Shown here in pieces: positions 1 through 8,802 of a DNA stretch of 33,517 bases. The notes beneath the pieces were generated by a model that searched no databases, was not told the DNA's origin, and saw only the letters and a list, made by a program, of their open reading frames with translations. The DNA is taken from IMG/VR virus record IMGVR_UViG_3300031565_000199; one strand, given 5' to 3'. Source of the stretch: a virus. Numbering within the stretch: position 1 is the first letter of the stretch; each line of letters begins with the position of its first letter. The position numbers and the translations under genes were made by a program.

Positions 1-127
1 TTTTTGTCCGCAAGCGGGGCATTTCCCGCGAGGTTCCCGCTCAGATTTAATCTTTTCTTTTATTTCCGCCAACTCATCCGCTTCCGGCATGTATCCAAAA
101 AACAATTTAGTCACATGGCCGTTATGT
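1..127. repeat. Terminal direct repeat, copy 1 (identical to 33391..33517)
   Basis: tttttgtccgcaagcggggcatttcccgcg...tcacatggccgttatgt occurs at both window ends. It lies inside an open reading frame that continues across the junction. The simplest reading is an assembly overlap closing a circular or permuted genome of 33,390 bp. Confidence 0.9.
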
Positions 128-300
128 TTGACGTGGTGCCATTCTCGCCCGCACAGATGCTTGCGAGCGTTTGCGCGGGAAAGCCCGGTCATTTTCGCGA
201 GCTGGATTTCATCAAACATCCCGTCGCATCGGGCGCGCATTGCACCGTTCGATAGGCCATGAATCGACGGGGATGAATTTTTGTAAGAGTGAAATGACAT
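1..300 (-). CDS. Early DNA-binding-like protein, N-terminal 100 codons of a gene that wraps the junction (C-terminus at 33343..33390)
   Basis: Hand translation from the minus-strand ATG at 300 gives MSFHSYKNSSPSIHGLSNGAMRARCDGMFDEIQLAKMTGLSRANARKHLCGREWHHVKHNGHVTKLFFGYMPEADELAEIKEKIKSEREPRGKCPACGQK, open to base 1. It continues in frame as KRVKTHCFYCGENYE* at 33390->33343, about 115 aa in total. It has an HTH-like segment (IQLAKMTGLSRANARKHL) and a C-terminal CPAC..CFYC zinc ribbon. The + ORF 4..255 is its shadow. Confidence 0.6.
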   Translation of the reverse strand, partial: MSFHSYKNSSPSIHGLSNGAMRARCDGMFDEIQLAKMTGLSRANARKHLCGREWHHVKHNGHVTKLFFGYMPEADELAEIKEKIKSEREPRGKCPACGQK

Positions 301-325
301 CCGTTTTCCTTTTTCCAACACCCTA

Positions 326-354
326 AATTTACCACACCCCGGACAGCTTGTCAA
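326..354 (-). promoter_or_regulatory. Sigma70-type promoter with extended -10 (early promoter)
   Basis: The minus strand reads TTGACA (354-349), a 17-nt spacer ending in TGg, then TAAATT (331-326). It sits about 25 nt upstream of the ATG at 300 and directly downstream of the late terminator. Two other sites share this architecture (16648-16676, 21955-21983). Confidence 0.6.
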
Positions 355-389
355 GAAGTTTCTTAAGAAATATCGTAAAAAAACTGGTT

Positions 390-417
390 AAAAAATCCCC
401 GGCTTTTCGACCGGGGA
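390..417 (-). terminator. Rho-independent terminator closing the late operon
   Basis: The minus strand reads TCCCCGG-tcgaaaag-CCGGGGA followed by TTTTTT, a 7-bp GC stem, about 30 nt after the stop of the 447..752 gene. Confidence 0.8.
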
Positions 418-446
418 GGAGAGGAGGGACGATCCCTATTGCCGTT

Positions 447-752
447 TCATTTTATCTTGAATATACGTTTGAACCAATTCCGTACCTCGCGCTCCGTTTT
501 TGCCGGTTGCGCCTTCGCGATTTTGCCCGGAGCCTCGCTCAAAAACTTTTTGAGCTTGCTCTCGAATTTCGCCATATACTTTTTAATCGCCGGAGCGATT
601 ATCGCTTCGAGTTCCTCACGGTCGATTTCGATGGAGGCGTTCTTAAAGAAATCCTGTACGCCGTTCAGAAAATAGTCTTTGGATTTGCCAATTTCGTATT
701 CGGCGTGAGTCAGCCAAAAGCGCACACCCTCATCATTATTTATTTTCGCCAT
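447..752 (-). CDS. Hypothetical protein, last gene of the late operon
   Basis: 101-aa ORF with a GGAGGG Shine-Dalgarno sequence upstream of the ATG. Predicted helical and lysine-rich, with no recognisable motif. Confidence 0.6.
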   Translation of the reverse strand: MAKINNDEGVRFWLTHAEYEIGKSKDYFLNGVQDFFKNASIEIDREELEAIIAPAIKKYMAKFESKLKKFLSEAPGKIAKAQPAKTEREVRNWFKRIFKIK

Positions 753-1029
753 TCGTTTGCCCTCCGTTTTCTTTCATTCCCCTGATTATGTTCGCGGCAA
801 ACGTCCCCAAGTCGGCCTTGGTAACTTTGCCGTTTCCGGCTTTCGCGACGTCTAGATAATCCTTTGCGAATTTGACTCCCATGTACACGACACCGGCGGT
901 AAGCGCGATGTATTCCCAACGTTCAGGGGTCATGATCCGCATGATTGTAAGGACGGTCGCGCAAACAATAATCACGCCCGTGATAATCGCTCGCGTTTGA
1001 TAATCTGCTTGTGAACTATTTCCGTTCAT
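736..1029 (-). CDS. Small two-TM membrane protein, holin-like
   Basis: 97 aa with two hydrophobic helices (AIITGVIIVCATVLTIMRIM, WEYIALTAGVVYMGVKFA) and a charged C-terminal tail. It has an ATGA start/stop overlap with the upstream gene and sits at the end of the late operon. Confidence 0.5.
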   Translation of the reverse strand: MNGNSSQADYQTRAIITGVIIVCATVLTIMRIMTPERWEYIALTAGVVYMGVKFAKDYLDVAKAGNGKVTKADLGTFAANIIRGMKENGGQTNGENK

Positions 1030-1241
1030 TTTTTTATGTCCCTTATCATGTCTTTAATCCACGACAAATCAGCTTTGATCGTGGTGATGTCGTTTTGAAG
1101 CTGTTCAATCGTGCATCGATGCCGCTCAATTTCATTTTGCGATTCCCGTATCTGATAGGCATATACGGAAGTCGCGGCGATGAAGCCGATAAGAATCAGA
1201 GTGGCCGGAATCCATTGCGCTAAATTAAAAGTTTTTTTCAT
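1026..1241 (-). CDS. Single-pass membrane protein with coiled-coil tail (lysis-associated?)
   Basis: 71 aa with an N-terminal TM helix (WIPATLILIGFIAATSVYAY) followed by a heptad-like helix. It has an ATGA overlap with the fibre gene stop. Confidence 0.5.
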   Translation of the reverse strand: MKKTFNLAQWIPATLILIGFIAATSVYAYQIRESQNEIERHRCTIEQLQNDITTIKADLSWIKDMIRDIKK

Positions 1242-2692
1242 GGCAAACTCACATTCCCAAAGTTGATAATAGTCCCCGCGTTACCGGCATTCCCGTCCTG
1301 TCCGGTATCGCCGTCCTGACCCGCGCCCGCGCCGGAACCCCTTACGCCGCCTCCACCCAACGATCCGCCCGCGACAGTCCAGGTTCCATTAACGGGCAAT
1401 TTATTATAAATCGCGACGATTATACCACCATTGCCGCCCGATCCGCCCGCGCCTCCTCCTCCTCCTCCTGCATTTCCGAGAAGGGGTACGACACCATCCG
1501 CGCCGTTGCCGCCCGCCCCGCCATTTCCGCCAGCCGCCGTGATAGTCCCATTGTTTTCTATTTCATCCGCCATGATGAGAAGACATGCGCCGCTCGCTCC
1601 GTCTCCCCCCGATCCTCCCCCTCCACCGCCGGTATTCCCGGCACGATCCGCCGCGCCTCCTCCCGCCGATCCGCCACCGCCGTGAGTCGCGTTGCCTTGG
1701 AATATAGCTGTGAAGCCGGTCGTAATGAGGCACCGCTGATGAATAGCCGTTATCAAATCTCTCGGTCGTCCGGCCTGTGCGCCGGGGATTGTTGCGGTGC
1801 CAGCCGCGCCGCCCGCGCCAGCCGCGCCGCCCGTTGCCGGTAAAGTGTCGCCGCCTTTGCCTCCGATTTTACCGGTCGATCCGCTCGCTCCGATTGAGCT
1901 TGTCGTTGAACTTCCCGCGCCGCCCGCCGTTCCCGCTGTCCCGTTTCCGGTTCCAACCGAGCCATTGCCGCCCGCTTTCCCGGCTGGTCCCGCGAGTCCC
2001 CACCAAACCGTGCAATTCGACGACGGTGTGGCGATTGCGAACGTCGGCGATGTGCCAGGACTTCCCGCCGCGCCGCCGGTTCCGCCCGAAGCATTTCCGC
2101 CCGCGCCCCCGTCGCCTCCCTTCGCGCTTATCGTCCCGTTGTTCGTGATTTTTGTTTTGCAGAATATCTTATAACCCTGCGTCGAAAGGGTTTTCCCGGA
2201 ATCGATTGTTAGCGAATTGTAGTACACATCCGCCGTCAATCCGGTATCGACGGATATCGTTACGTCTCCGGTCGAACCGTCCGTCACCGCGAGGCGGATC
2301 ACGTTCGCAAATTCGAGAGCGTTTTCAGCCGCATTCACGCAAGCCGCCTTGCCAGCCGCGCCGGTGTAATTCGCCGGGGTATCGGTAAGGGCGATGAAGG
2401 TCGAAACGCCGGGCGATATCGCGCTGAAAATAAGTGCCCCATTTGTTTCATCGACTACAACAGCTTGTCCATCCGCGCCGGTGTAGGCATCGGGTGTGTC
2501 GGTCAATTCAAGAAATGTACCCAAGCTATCCGATCCGCCGCCGTGCGAATGCGTATCTGCATATTTTTCGCGAGCGATATTTAATTTCGACGGCGGTTTA
2601 GGCTGCTTATCCATGACCTTATGGATCATGGCGTTGACGAGATCGGGCAGTGTTCGGTTGCGAGTGCTTCTATCGATTGGATACTGGCTCAT
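1238..2692 (-). CDS. Glycine-rich tail fibre / receptor-binding protein
   Basis: 484 aa. The N-terminal region has two copies of the fibre motif F[LI].LTDTP.[AN]YTGA.G[QK]A..V....[GN]AL.F. The rest is long GGxGGxG glycine-rich arrays. It is the last large structural gene after the Tal-like protein. Confidence 0.7.
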   Translation of the reverse strand: MSQYPIDRSTRNRTLPDLVNAMIHKVMDKQPKPPSKLNIAREKYADTHSHGGGSDSLGTFLELTDTPDAYTGADGQAVVVDETNGALIFSAISPGVSTFIALTDTPANYTGAAGKAACVNAAENALEFANVIRLAVTDGSTGDVTISVDTGLTADVYYNSLTIDSGKTLSTQGYKIFCKTKITNNGTISAKGGDGGAGGNASGGTGGAAGSPGTSPTFAIATPSSNCTVWWGLAGPAGKAGGNGSVGTGNGTAGTAGGAGSSTTSSIGASGSTGKIGGKGGDTLPATGGAAGAGGAAGTATIPGAQAGRPRDLITAIHQRCLITTGFTAIFQGNATHGGGGSAGGGAADRAGNTGGGGGGSGGDGASGACLLIMADEIENNGTITAAGGNGGAGGNGADGVVPLLGNAGGGGGGAGGSGGNGGIIVAIYNKLPVNGTWTVAGGSLGGGGVRGSGAGAGQDGDTGQDGNAGNAGTIINFGNVSLP

Positions 2693-5250
2693 ACGATCAA
2701 ATCCGTGTTCGTGCTTAAAACCGTGCCGGTCGTGAAAGTTTCGCCACTTTCCAAGATCATCATCGTATACTCGCGCAACACGCCGGTGTAATTGACAACA
2801 TCGTCCCCGTCTTCGTCACACGCGATTGTCAACCCGAGTTCGGGCACGCCGGGCATGACACCCTGATATTTATAGTGCCGTTGTCCCTGCATTCGCAGAC
2901 TCGCGAGCAGTTGCAGGCGGGCAATCGATATCGCCGCCGCATCGGTCGATGCGCCGATTGACATGTTTTTAACTCGTTGACAACCCGCGACCCCGGTCGA
3001 TGCCTTGACGCCTCCGCGCATCTTTTCAAAACTTGCCGGAGCATAGTAGTAATTCGGGTTTCCCTTTGTCGTGTCGGTAAGCTGGCATTCGGCGTATTTG
3101 ACGACATCCGCGTTGACTTCGATATCGAAAATTTGAAACCATCGCCTTGCATCGCCCCACCATGCGCCTTGAGGATTTCCGTCACAATTCGGTAATGCTT
3201 CTATTCGCAGTCTCAAAGCGTTCGCCTGCTTAATGGCTATTTCGTCAAATTCGACCGCGACCCATTTCGCTTTTATATTGTCGGTGTTTTGCGACGCTTC
3301 GCAGCCTATGTCGTACCAAGTTGACGATGCCGAATCGTGAGTGCCCGTACTGTAATCATTGCAACCTTCCCATCGGAAATGGAGACTTCCCGAATAACCG
3401 CCCGCGCCGACGCGCATCGCTATTCTTTTCAGCGTAACCACGGGCGGTGTCGCGCCCGCGCCGAACCAGATGTGCAGTAAATCAGTTACGGGATATGTCG
3501 GCACGTATTGGTAGACCGCAACTAATTTAGTTTTCGGGTCGTCGTCGAATATCCGCGCCATACCAAAGTTTCCAGCCGCCGTGCTTGCGGCATCGTACAT
3601 GTCGTTATATTTTTCCGCCTCGGAATTCCACGCGTAAAAGTTCGACGGCGTGTTATCGCCGATTCCGGCGGCGTGATTATGCCAGCCCCATTGTGCATTG
3701 CATCTATTCAAGGTCTGATCGTCGGTGTACTCAACCCTCACCGCCGAATAAACATCGTCAAGTCCCTTTTCTTCTTCGATGTAAGAGCAGTTCGGGAGCG
3801 TAATAGTCGGCGAACCGTCGTCGCTTATGACTTTCAGCCGAAACTTCCCGGTCGAGTGCTTAAACCAGAACTTCACCTCGTTTTCGAGCGAGATCGATCG
3901 AATGAAGTCCTGAATCGCATCCCAGACGTAACGCGGCTTTTCCTGCGGGTCGTATTCGTAGCGGTTAATTTTTATCGCGTCGGTTGTCGAGTCGAGATCG
4001 AGATCACCCGCGACGAATCCCGGACCGAGCGATGCCGCCGGACCCAACATCATTTCGTTTATGACCGTATTAACCGAAACAGCCGCCGCGTCTTCTTCGT
4101 CGTAAATCGAATAGGTTCCGCGATAAACCGCGGTCGAATCCCACGGTTCCGACAGCACGAGACATCCGAGTTTGTAAACAAATTCCCACTTCGCGCCTCG
4201 CCTGATTTCCTCCCAGTCCGTGCCGCCGTCCGGATCGGATTCGATTGTGTATGTTCGCGGCGCAATTTGCATCCCGAGTTTTTCCTGCACGGTTGCGCCC
4301 TCCGTGTGAGTTGCACCGACAGTCCCGAGACAAGCGCGAACGCAATTCGTCAAGCGATACTTTCCATCGGCCTCGCTGTTATCGTAGCCGTCGAAATAAA
4401 TCCACTCATCATCGATTTGCACCCAACCGCGAGGCACGAACGATTTCAAAGTTGTCGATAAAATAATTGTTGTCGCGACCGCCGTCAAATTGCCGCCTAC
4501 CCCATCGACATAAAGCGTGTCCGATGCGCCGTCGATATAGCAAATGGCACCTTCCACATAAACAAGACCGTCGGCTGTATCGTCGGTAAGCCCGGATGTT
4601 ATGATAATCGTAAACGTACCGTTGAATGTCGCGTTTCCGTCGCATTCGTATAGGCCGTCGTTCGACGATGAGCCGCGAATCTTAAACTTGCGACCGTCTT
4701 TAAAATAATCGGTGTAATCTCCGGTAAGCGTTACGGTGTCAGGGTGAAATATCGCAGTTATATCGTACACCGTTTTCGGATCGGGCCACAGCGTATCGCC
4801 CTCGAATGAACCGTAATTGTCATCAGTTAAAAGTGAAACATCGGTTAATAGGATCGTCGGCGATTCAAGCATCCATGTCCGATCCCCGCTTTGATTCACA
4901 ACCAGTGTTTGCGCGAGAATCCCATCCCAACCCCAACATGTCACCATCAAATAAATCCCGTCGAGTACCTGGACGAATTTCGGCTTCCACATCACGTAGC
5001 CGCGAAAATGATAATTAGCTCCCTCCTGAATCAGGACAGTCGAATTTTGTTGAAGCGGATTGTTATTGTCGTCTGTTTCGAGTGAGTATTTTGACGCGAC
5101 ATCGGACTTGATAAAAAAAATGCACATGGATATCGTGTTGAAGGCATGCTTCTTCGTGAACGGAGGCGCGATGGGAACCGTGGCGGACGAACATCCGCCG
5201 CCGGTGTAATTATGCGTCGGGTTCGATATTGTGGCTGTGATCGTCGGCAT
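2689..5250 (-). CDS. Large tail tip / baseplate protein (Tal-like)
   Basis: 853-aa ORF directly downstream of the Dit-like gene and upstream of the fibre, which is the canonical siphovirus position. The start is uncertain: the ATG at 5250 overlaps the preceding gene by 41 nt and has no obvious SD. Confidence 0.6.
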   Translation of the reverse strand: MPTITATISNPTHNYTGGGCSSATVPIAPPFTKKHAFNTISMCIFFIKSDVASKYSLETDDNNNPLQQNSTVLIQEGANYHFRGYVMWKPKFVQVLDGIYLMVTCWGWDGILAQTLVVNQSGDRTWMLESPTILLTDVSLLTDDNYGSFEGDTLWPDPKTVYDITAIFHPDTVTLTGDYTDYFKDGRKFKIRGSSSNDGLYECDGNATFNGTFTIIITSGLTDDTADGLVYVEGAICYIDGASDTLYVDGVGGNLTAVATTIILSTTLKSFVPRGWVQIDDEWIYFDGYDNSEADGKYRLTNCVRACLGTVGATHTEGATVQEKLGMQIAPRTYTIESDPDGGTDWEEIRRGAKWEFVYKLGCLVLSEPWDSTAVYRGTYSIYDEEDAAAVSVNTVINEMMLGPAASLGPGFVAGDLDLDSTTDAIKINRYEYDPQEKPRYVWDAIQDFIRSISLENEVKFWFKHSTGKFRLKVISDDGSPTITLPNCSYIEEEKGLDDVYSAVRVEYTDDQTLNRCNAQWGWHNHAAGIGDNTPSNFYAWNSEAEKYNDMYDAASTAAGNFGMARIFDDDPKTKLVAVYQYVPTYPVTDLLHIWFGAGATPPVVTLKRIAMRVGAGGYSGSLHFRWEGCNDYSTGTHDSASSTWYDIGCEASQNTDNIKAKWVAVEFDEIAIKQANALRLRIEALPNCDGNPQGAWWGDARRWFQIFDIEVNADVVKYAECQLTDTTKGNPNYYYAPASFEKMRGGVKASTGVAGCQRVKNMSIGASTDAAAISIARLQLLASLRMQGQRHYKYQGVMPGVPELGLTIACDEDGDDVVNYTGVLREYTMMILESGETFTTGTVLSTNTDLIV

Positions 5251-5404
5251 TTTTAGGAACCGTCAGGTAGTAAACGACCGCGAAAAGAGAAAATAAAACT
5301 CCCATCCAAAAAGCGGTGAACGGGTCGCGGTTTTTCGACAGAGCAAGATTACGGCAAACGAGCCCCGCGAGAATCCAACATGCGATTGCAAACACCCAAG
5401 TCAT
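5210..5404 (-). CDS. Small two-TM membrane protein embedded in the tail module
   Basis: 64 aa with two hydrophobic helices (WVFAIACWILAGLVCRNLAL, FTAFWMGVLFSLFAVVYYLTV). It has an ATGA overlap with the Dit-like gene stop. Confidence 0.6.
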   Translation of the reverse strand: MTWVFAIACWILAGLVCRNLALSKNRDPFTAFWMGVLFSLFAVVYYLTVPKNADDHSHNIEPDA

Positions 5405-6492
5405 AGCGTCCTCCCCGTCAGCGAGTCCATCGTTGCGATATTGTCTATGACAAATTCGAGTGGATAATATGCGCCAGGCGCTAGTCCCATTTTACCGGGC
5501 GTTTTGAAAACATCGGGGATGTTCACGAGAAAGCCCCGGAAATATCTGTAGTACGGATCGTATTGCGGATAAAGAATCCCCGGCGTGTTGAGCTCCTGAA
5601 CGATGTATAGTTTAGTTTGATAGAGTTCCCATGAACAAAGCAGGCTCACATAATCCATATCCGAACCAAACGAAACTGCCGTCGCGTTAATGGTGTATTT
5701 GTTCGGACCCTTATATGTGATGTCCTTTTTATTCCAGTATCCGTTTATATCCTGAAAAAATCTCTCTTGCTCGAATTTCGGCCCCTCTGCATGAAGCGGA
5801 GCGGCAAGCGTCAGGTGCCGTTTCAAATGGTAAGCCGTCGGCACCGGATAGGGCGTGTCGTCCTGTCGGATGTTAATCCAGTAAGCCTCGTCCCCGTCAA
5901 CGGTCGAAAGCCCCCAATCGCTCTCGATATCGAACAAGACCCAACCGCTTTGCGTGTATTCAAGCGTTCGGTCATAACGAACCGTGAGGGGGGCCCAGAT
6001 CGAATGTGCCGCGATTGTCCCGTCGTCCGTATCGGCTGCCAATGTTTCGACAACGGTTATAGTCGTGTTCGGATCGGAATAGGTCGAATCTCCGTCACAG
6101 GTGTAAACCCCATCAATAAGGCCGCCGCTTGATCCGGTTATTGTGAAAGTGTATCCATCCTTAAATTTCAAATGGACATCAGCGGCTACGGTCAAGGTAT
6201 GATTTAGTGTTGTGGATGCAATCGGGTAATCCGTGCTCGTTATCGAATATTTATAACTAAAAGTTCCGAGTCCGACACCCGCCGTGCCGATTTTGTGACC
6301 GAACGAATTAAATGTGGTGTCCTTGCCGATAAAAAGGATGTCCGCCGGTTGCCCCCAGAGCGCGAATGCCGCGCCCGCGATTGCGACAGCCTCATCGTCG
6401 AGATCGACGAACGCCGTCGCGCTCGCGTCCCACAATCTGCAATAATCAAGGTTGTCCGAATACTGTTCGATTTCAAGCGTTCCGTCGGTCAT
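5401..6492 (-). CDS. Distal tail protein (Dit)-like
   Basis: 363-aa ORF immediately after the tape measure gene (ATGA overlap). The call rests on position only. Confidence 0.5.
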   Translation of the reverse strand: MTDGTLEIEQYSDNLDYCRLWDASATAFVDLDDEAVAIAGAAFALWGQPADILFIGKDTTFNSFGHKIGTAGVGLGTFSYKYSITSTDYPIASTTLNHTLTVAADVHLKFKDGYTFTITGSSGGLIDGVYTCDGDSTYSDPNTTITVVETLAADTDDGTIAAHSIWAPLTVRYDRTLEYTQSGWVLFDIESDWGLSTVDGDEAYWINIRQDDTPYPVPTAYHLKRHLTLAAPLHAEGPKFEQERFFQDINGYWNKKDITYKGPNKYTINATAVSFGSDMDYVSLLCSWELYQTKLYIVQELNTPGILYPQYDPYYRYFRGFLVNIPDVFKTPGKMGLAPGAYYPLEFVIDNIATMDSLTGRTL

Positions 6493-8042
6493 ATCGCGTT
6501 AATCCCCATTGCCTGTTTCGCGAGCGAATCAAGCGTTGTTATCCCGACTTGTGAAAGGCCGGTTTTGGAAATATTTAGAATAGCCGTCGCGAGGTCGCCC
6601 TTCGCAACTTCCTTGACGTATACCGGCTCGCTCGGAGTCTGTCCGCGTTGTTTCCCCATGCCGAATAAGCCGCCGATTAATCCGAGAGCCATCCCAGCCG
6701 GGCCGCCGACGAGCGCGCCCGCGCCCGAGAATAGCGCGGATGCCGCGCCAGCCCCGCCGCCGTACATCGCACCCGATGCGACACCCCCGGCAAGTCCCCA
6801 CATCGCGTCGTTCGTCCAGGGCGATACGGCTCCGGGTTCAGGCGGGGTGAATGAGTAGCCGCCCTTTTTTGCGCGGAGCATATCCATGCGTGAAGCGTTT
6901 TCAGCACGATTCCAATAAGGTGTATATCTAAACGAATCCTGAATGGACATTCCTTCCGGCATTTCTGAACGTACCCGAACCGGCTCAACCCATCGCCCGG
7001 CCCTCATTTCCTCCATATAAAATTCATAGGCTTCACGATCCGCTTTTTCTTCCTTGTAACGCGATATCATTTCCAAATTAGGGGCAAGCGAACTCCACCA
7101 ATCGGTAGCTTTTGGTACCGCCCCTGCGCCGCCACCACCCGTTTTTACTTGAGGCTTCGTGGGAATCGCTGGCTTTCCGCCAGCGTAAAGATAATCTCTT
7201 AATAATCCTTCTTCAGGTTTATTCAATAGATCATAGAGTTTTTCTTTTTCCGTTTTATCACGCCAGTAACCTTGAGAAATTCCGGGAATACCGGAATCGC
7301 TCCAAATCTGTCCTTCATGGCTTTCTTCCTTGCTTTTGAAGTAAGGATCAAGCGCGAGTTTCGCTCCCCCGATCAAAATTATCAGAGCGGTTATTTCGAT
7401 AGCTGCCAACGAAGCGGAAATTTTCAAAGCGTCAAACCATCCTTTCAAAATTCCGACGGCAATGGCCATGTCGGATAAGCCCTTCACAACAGGCCCGGCG
7501 ATAAGCGCAATAGCCGCTAATTTTATCTGTGCTTCCTTCGCCTCATCCGACTGATTCCCCCACGCCTCTGCCATGTCGCCCAAAACCTCGATGACCTCTT
7601 TACCCTGATCGACAAATTCCTTCATCACCGGCGCGACGGCTTCCGCGAGTTGAACGCGAGCTTCAATCGTCGAATCCTTGAAATCGTCCATCGAATCGCG
7701 CAATGCGTACATGCTTGCGCGACCCTCTGCTGACAGCTTGTCCATCGCCTCGGGCATTTCGAGGAGCTTGATCGTGGAGAGTGCCGCCGCCGTGCCGATT
7801 GCGGTGAGCGGGACTGTGACGTGTTGCGTGAGGATGCCGCCGAGCCGTGCGCCTTTTTCGCCGAAAGACATCAACGCTTTACCGGCATCGTCGAAATCCG
7901 ATTTTAATTTCTTAGTTGTCTCCTCGCCCTTTTTTTGAATGTCCGTAAGCGATTTATCGACTTCATCCTTTCCGTAAAGTTCGATATACGCCTTCAGGAC
8001 GGGGCCGCTCATTTCGCCTAGATTTGAATATCTTGCAGGCAT
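6489..8042 (-). CDS. Tail tape measure protein
   Basis: 517 aa. It is long and helical, with a hydrophobic central segment (LAAIEITALIILIGGAKLAL) and a Gly-rich C-terminus. It follows the chaperone pair. Confidence 0.75.
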   Translation of the reverse strand: MPARYSNLGEMSGPVLKAYIELYGKDEVDKSLTDIQKKGEETTKKLKSDFDDAGKALMSFGEKGARLGGILTQHVTVPLTAIGTAAALSTIKLLEMPEAMDKLSAEGRASMYALRDSMDDFKDSTIEARVQLAEAVAPVMKEFVDQGKEVIEVLGDMAEAWGNQSDEAKEAQIKLAAIALIAGPVVKGLSDMAIAVGILKGWFDALKISASLAAIEITALIILIGGAKLALDPYFKSKEESHEGQIWSDSGIPGISQGYWRDKTEKEKLYDLLNKPEEGLLRDYLYAGGKPAIPTKPQVKTGGGGAGAVPKATDWWSSLAPNLEMISRYKEEKADREAYEFYMEEMRAGRWVEPVRVRSEMPEGMSIQDSFRYTPYWNRAENASRMDMLRAKKGGYSFTPPEPGAVSPWTNDAMWGLAGGVASGAMYGGGAGAASALFSGAGALVGGPAGMALGLIGGLFGMGKQRGQTPSEPVYVKEVAKGDLATAILNISKTGLSQVGITTLDSLAKQAMGINAI

Positions 8043-8347
8043 TATATTCTCGTTTGTGCTTCTCGCTCCTCCGCTTTCAATCGCTCCTGCTCATTGTAAA
8101 ATCCTGTCAACAAATCGATCATTTCCGTGTACCAGTTCGGCTGATCCTCCCACGCGCCTTCGGCCAAAAGATGACCGCCCTTGTAAGCCGCGTGAATAGA
8201 CGCGAAATAGTTAATATGCGGACTGACTGTTTTCCATATGCAACCCTTAACAATGATCGGCTCATATCGGCCTTCCGCAGTGATTACGTGATCGATCTCC
8301 GTTCCGTCCCGACATGTGCATGTTCGCTCGTCTCCCGTGCATTTCAC
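8042..8347 (-). CDS. Tail assembly chaperone, -1 frame extension (T part of G/GT)
   Basis: This ORF is in the -1 frame relative to 8344..8802. The -1 frame is open from the slippery site at 8371-8377 through this ORF, predicting a fusion of about 253 aa. Confidence 0.6.
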   Translation of the reverse strand: MKCTGDERTCTCRDGTEIDHVITAEGRYEPIIVKGCIWKTVSPHINYFASIHAAYKGGHLLAEGAWEDQPNWYTEMIDLLTGFYNEQERLKAEEREAQTRI

Positions 8348-8802
8348 TCCGGAGTAGACGAGCCTGGCGTATTTTTTAACGCCTCGCTATCCTCCTCCGA
8401 TACGTCGTTCCCGCTTTGAATAGCAACGAGAATTTCATCGAACAGGATTTTTGGGATTCGGTTAATGCACTCATCCTTAACTCGCTTGATGAATTTGCGG
8501 CCAACGCGGGTTTCGTCGAATTCGAGTTCCAAACCTTCCAGACCCGAAAGGGCTTTCAGGCCGAAACCCACAATGTCGTAAGACGCGCCGCCCGAATCGT
8601 ATGTATATTCCCGCTCGCGTGTAAATTTCTTTTTACATTCGGGACATAACAATTCCCGCTTTTCGCCCTCGTTCTCGTGCAGGTTGATACCCTGAATGTG
8701 GCTTACGATCTGATTTGTAAGCGGTTCGATCTCGAACGTAACAGTCGCGTCACATTGCGCCGTTATCGTTCTCACTTGATACTTTTCCGGTAATGCTTTC
8801 AT
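8344..8802 (-). CDS. Tail assembly chaperone (G-like)
   Basis: 152-aa acidic protein between the tail tube and tape measure genes, with a GGAG RBS upstream and a slippery site near its 3' end. Confidence 0.6.
   Translation of the reverse strand: MKALPEKYQVRTITAQCDATVTFEIEPLTNQIVSHIQGINLHENEGEKRELLCPECKKKFTREREYTYDSGGASYDIVGFGLKALSGLEGLELEFDETRVGRKFIKRVKDECINRIPKILFDEILVAIQSGNDVSEEDSEALKNTPGSSTPE
8371..8377 (-). promoter_or_regulatory. Candidate -1 programmed frameshift heptamer A_AAA_AAT
   Basis: The minus strand reads gcg TTA AAA AAT acg. The heptamer is in the correct X_XXY_YYZ phase with the 0 frame (..ALKNTPGSSTPE*), 9 codons before the stop. Confidence 0.55.

Noticed and set aside
1431-2174. 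Proline-rich plus-strand ORFs (84, 123 and 125 aa) and an Arg-rich minus-frame ORF (1753..2094)
   Set aside because: They are mirror images or alternative frames of the GGN-rich glycine arrays of the tail fibre gene (GGN read antisense gives NCC, i.e. Pro). This is an artefact of repetitive GC-rich coding DNA.
3673-4461. 262-aa plus-strand ORF
   Set aside because: It is entirely antisense to the 853-aa tail protein gene. The translation is Arg/Ser-rich with no RBS, so it is a shadow ORF of a GC-biased coding region.
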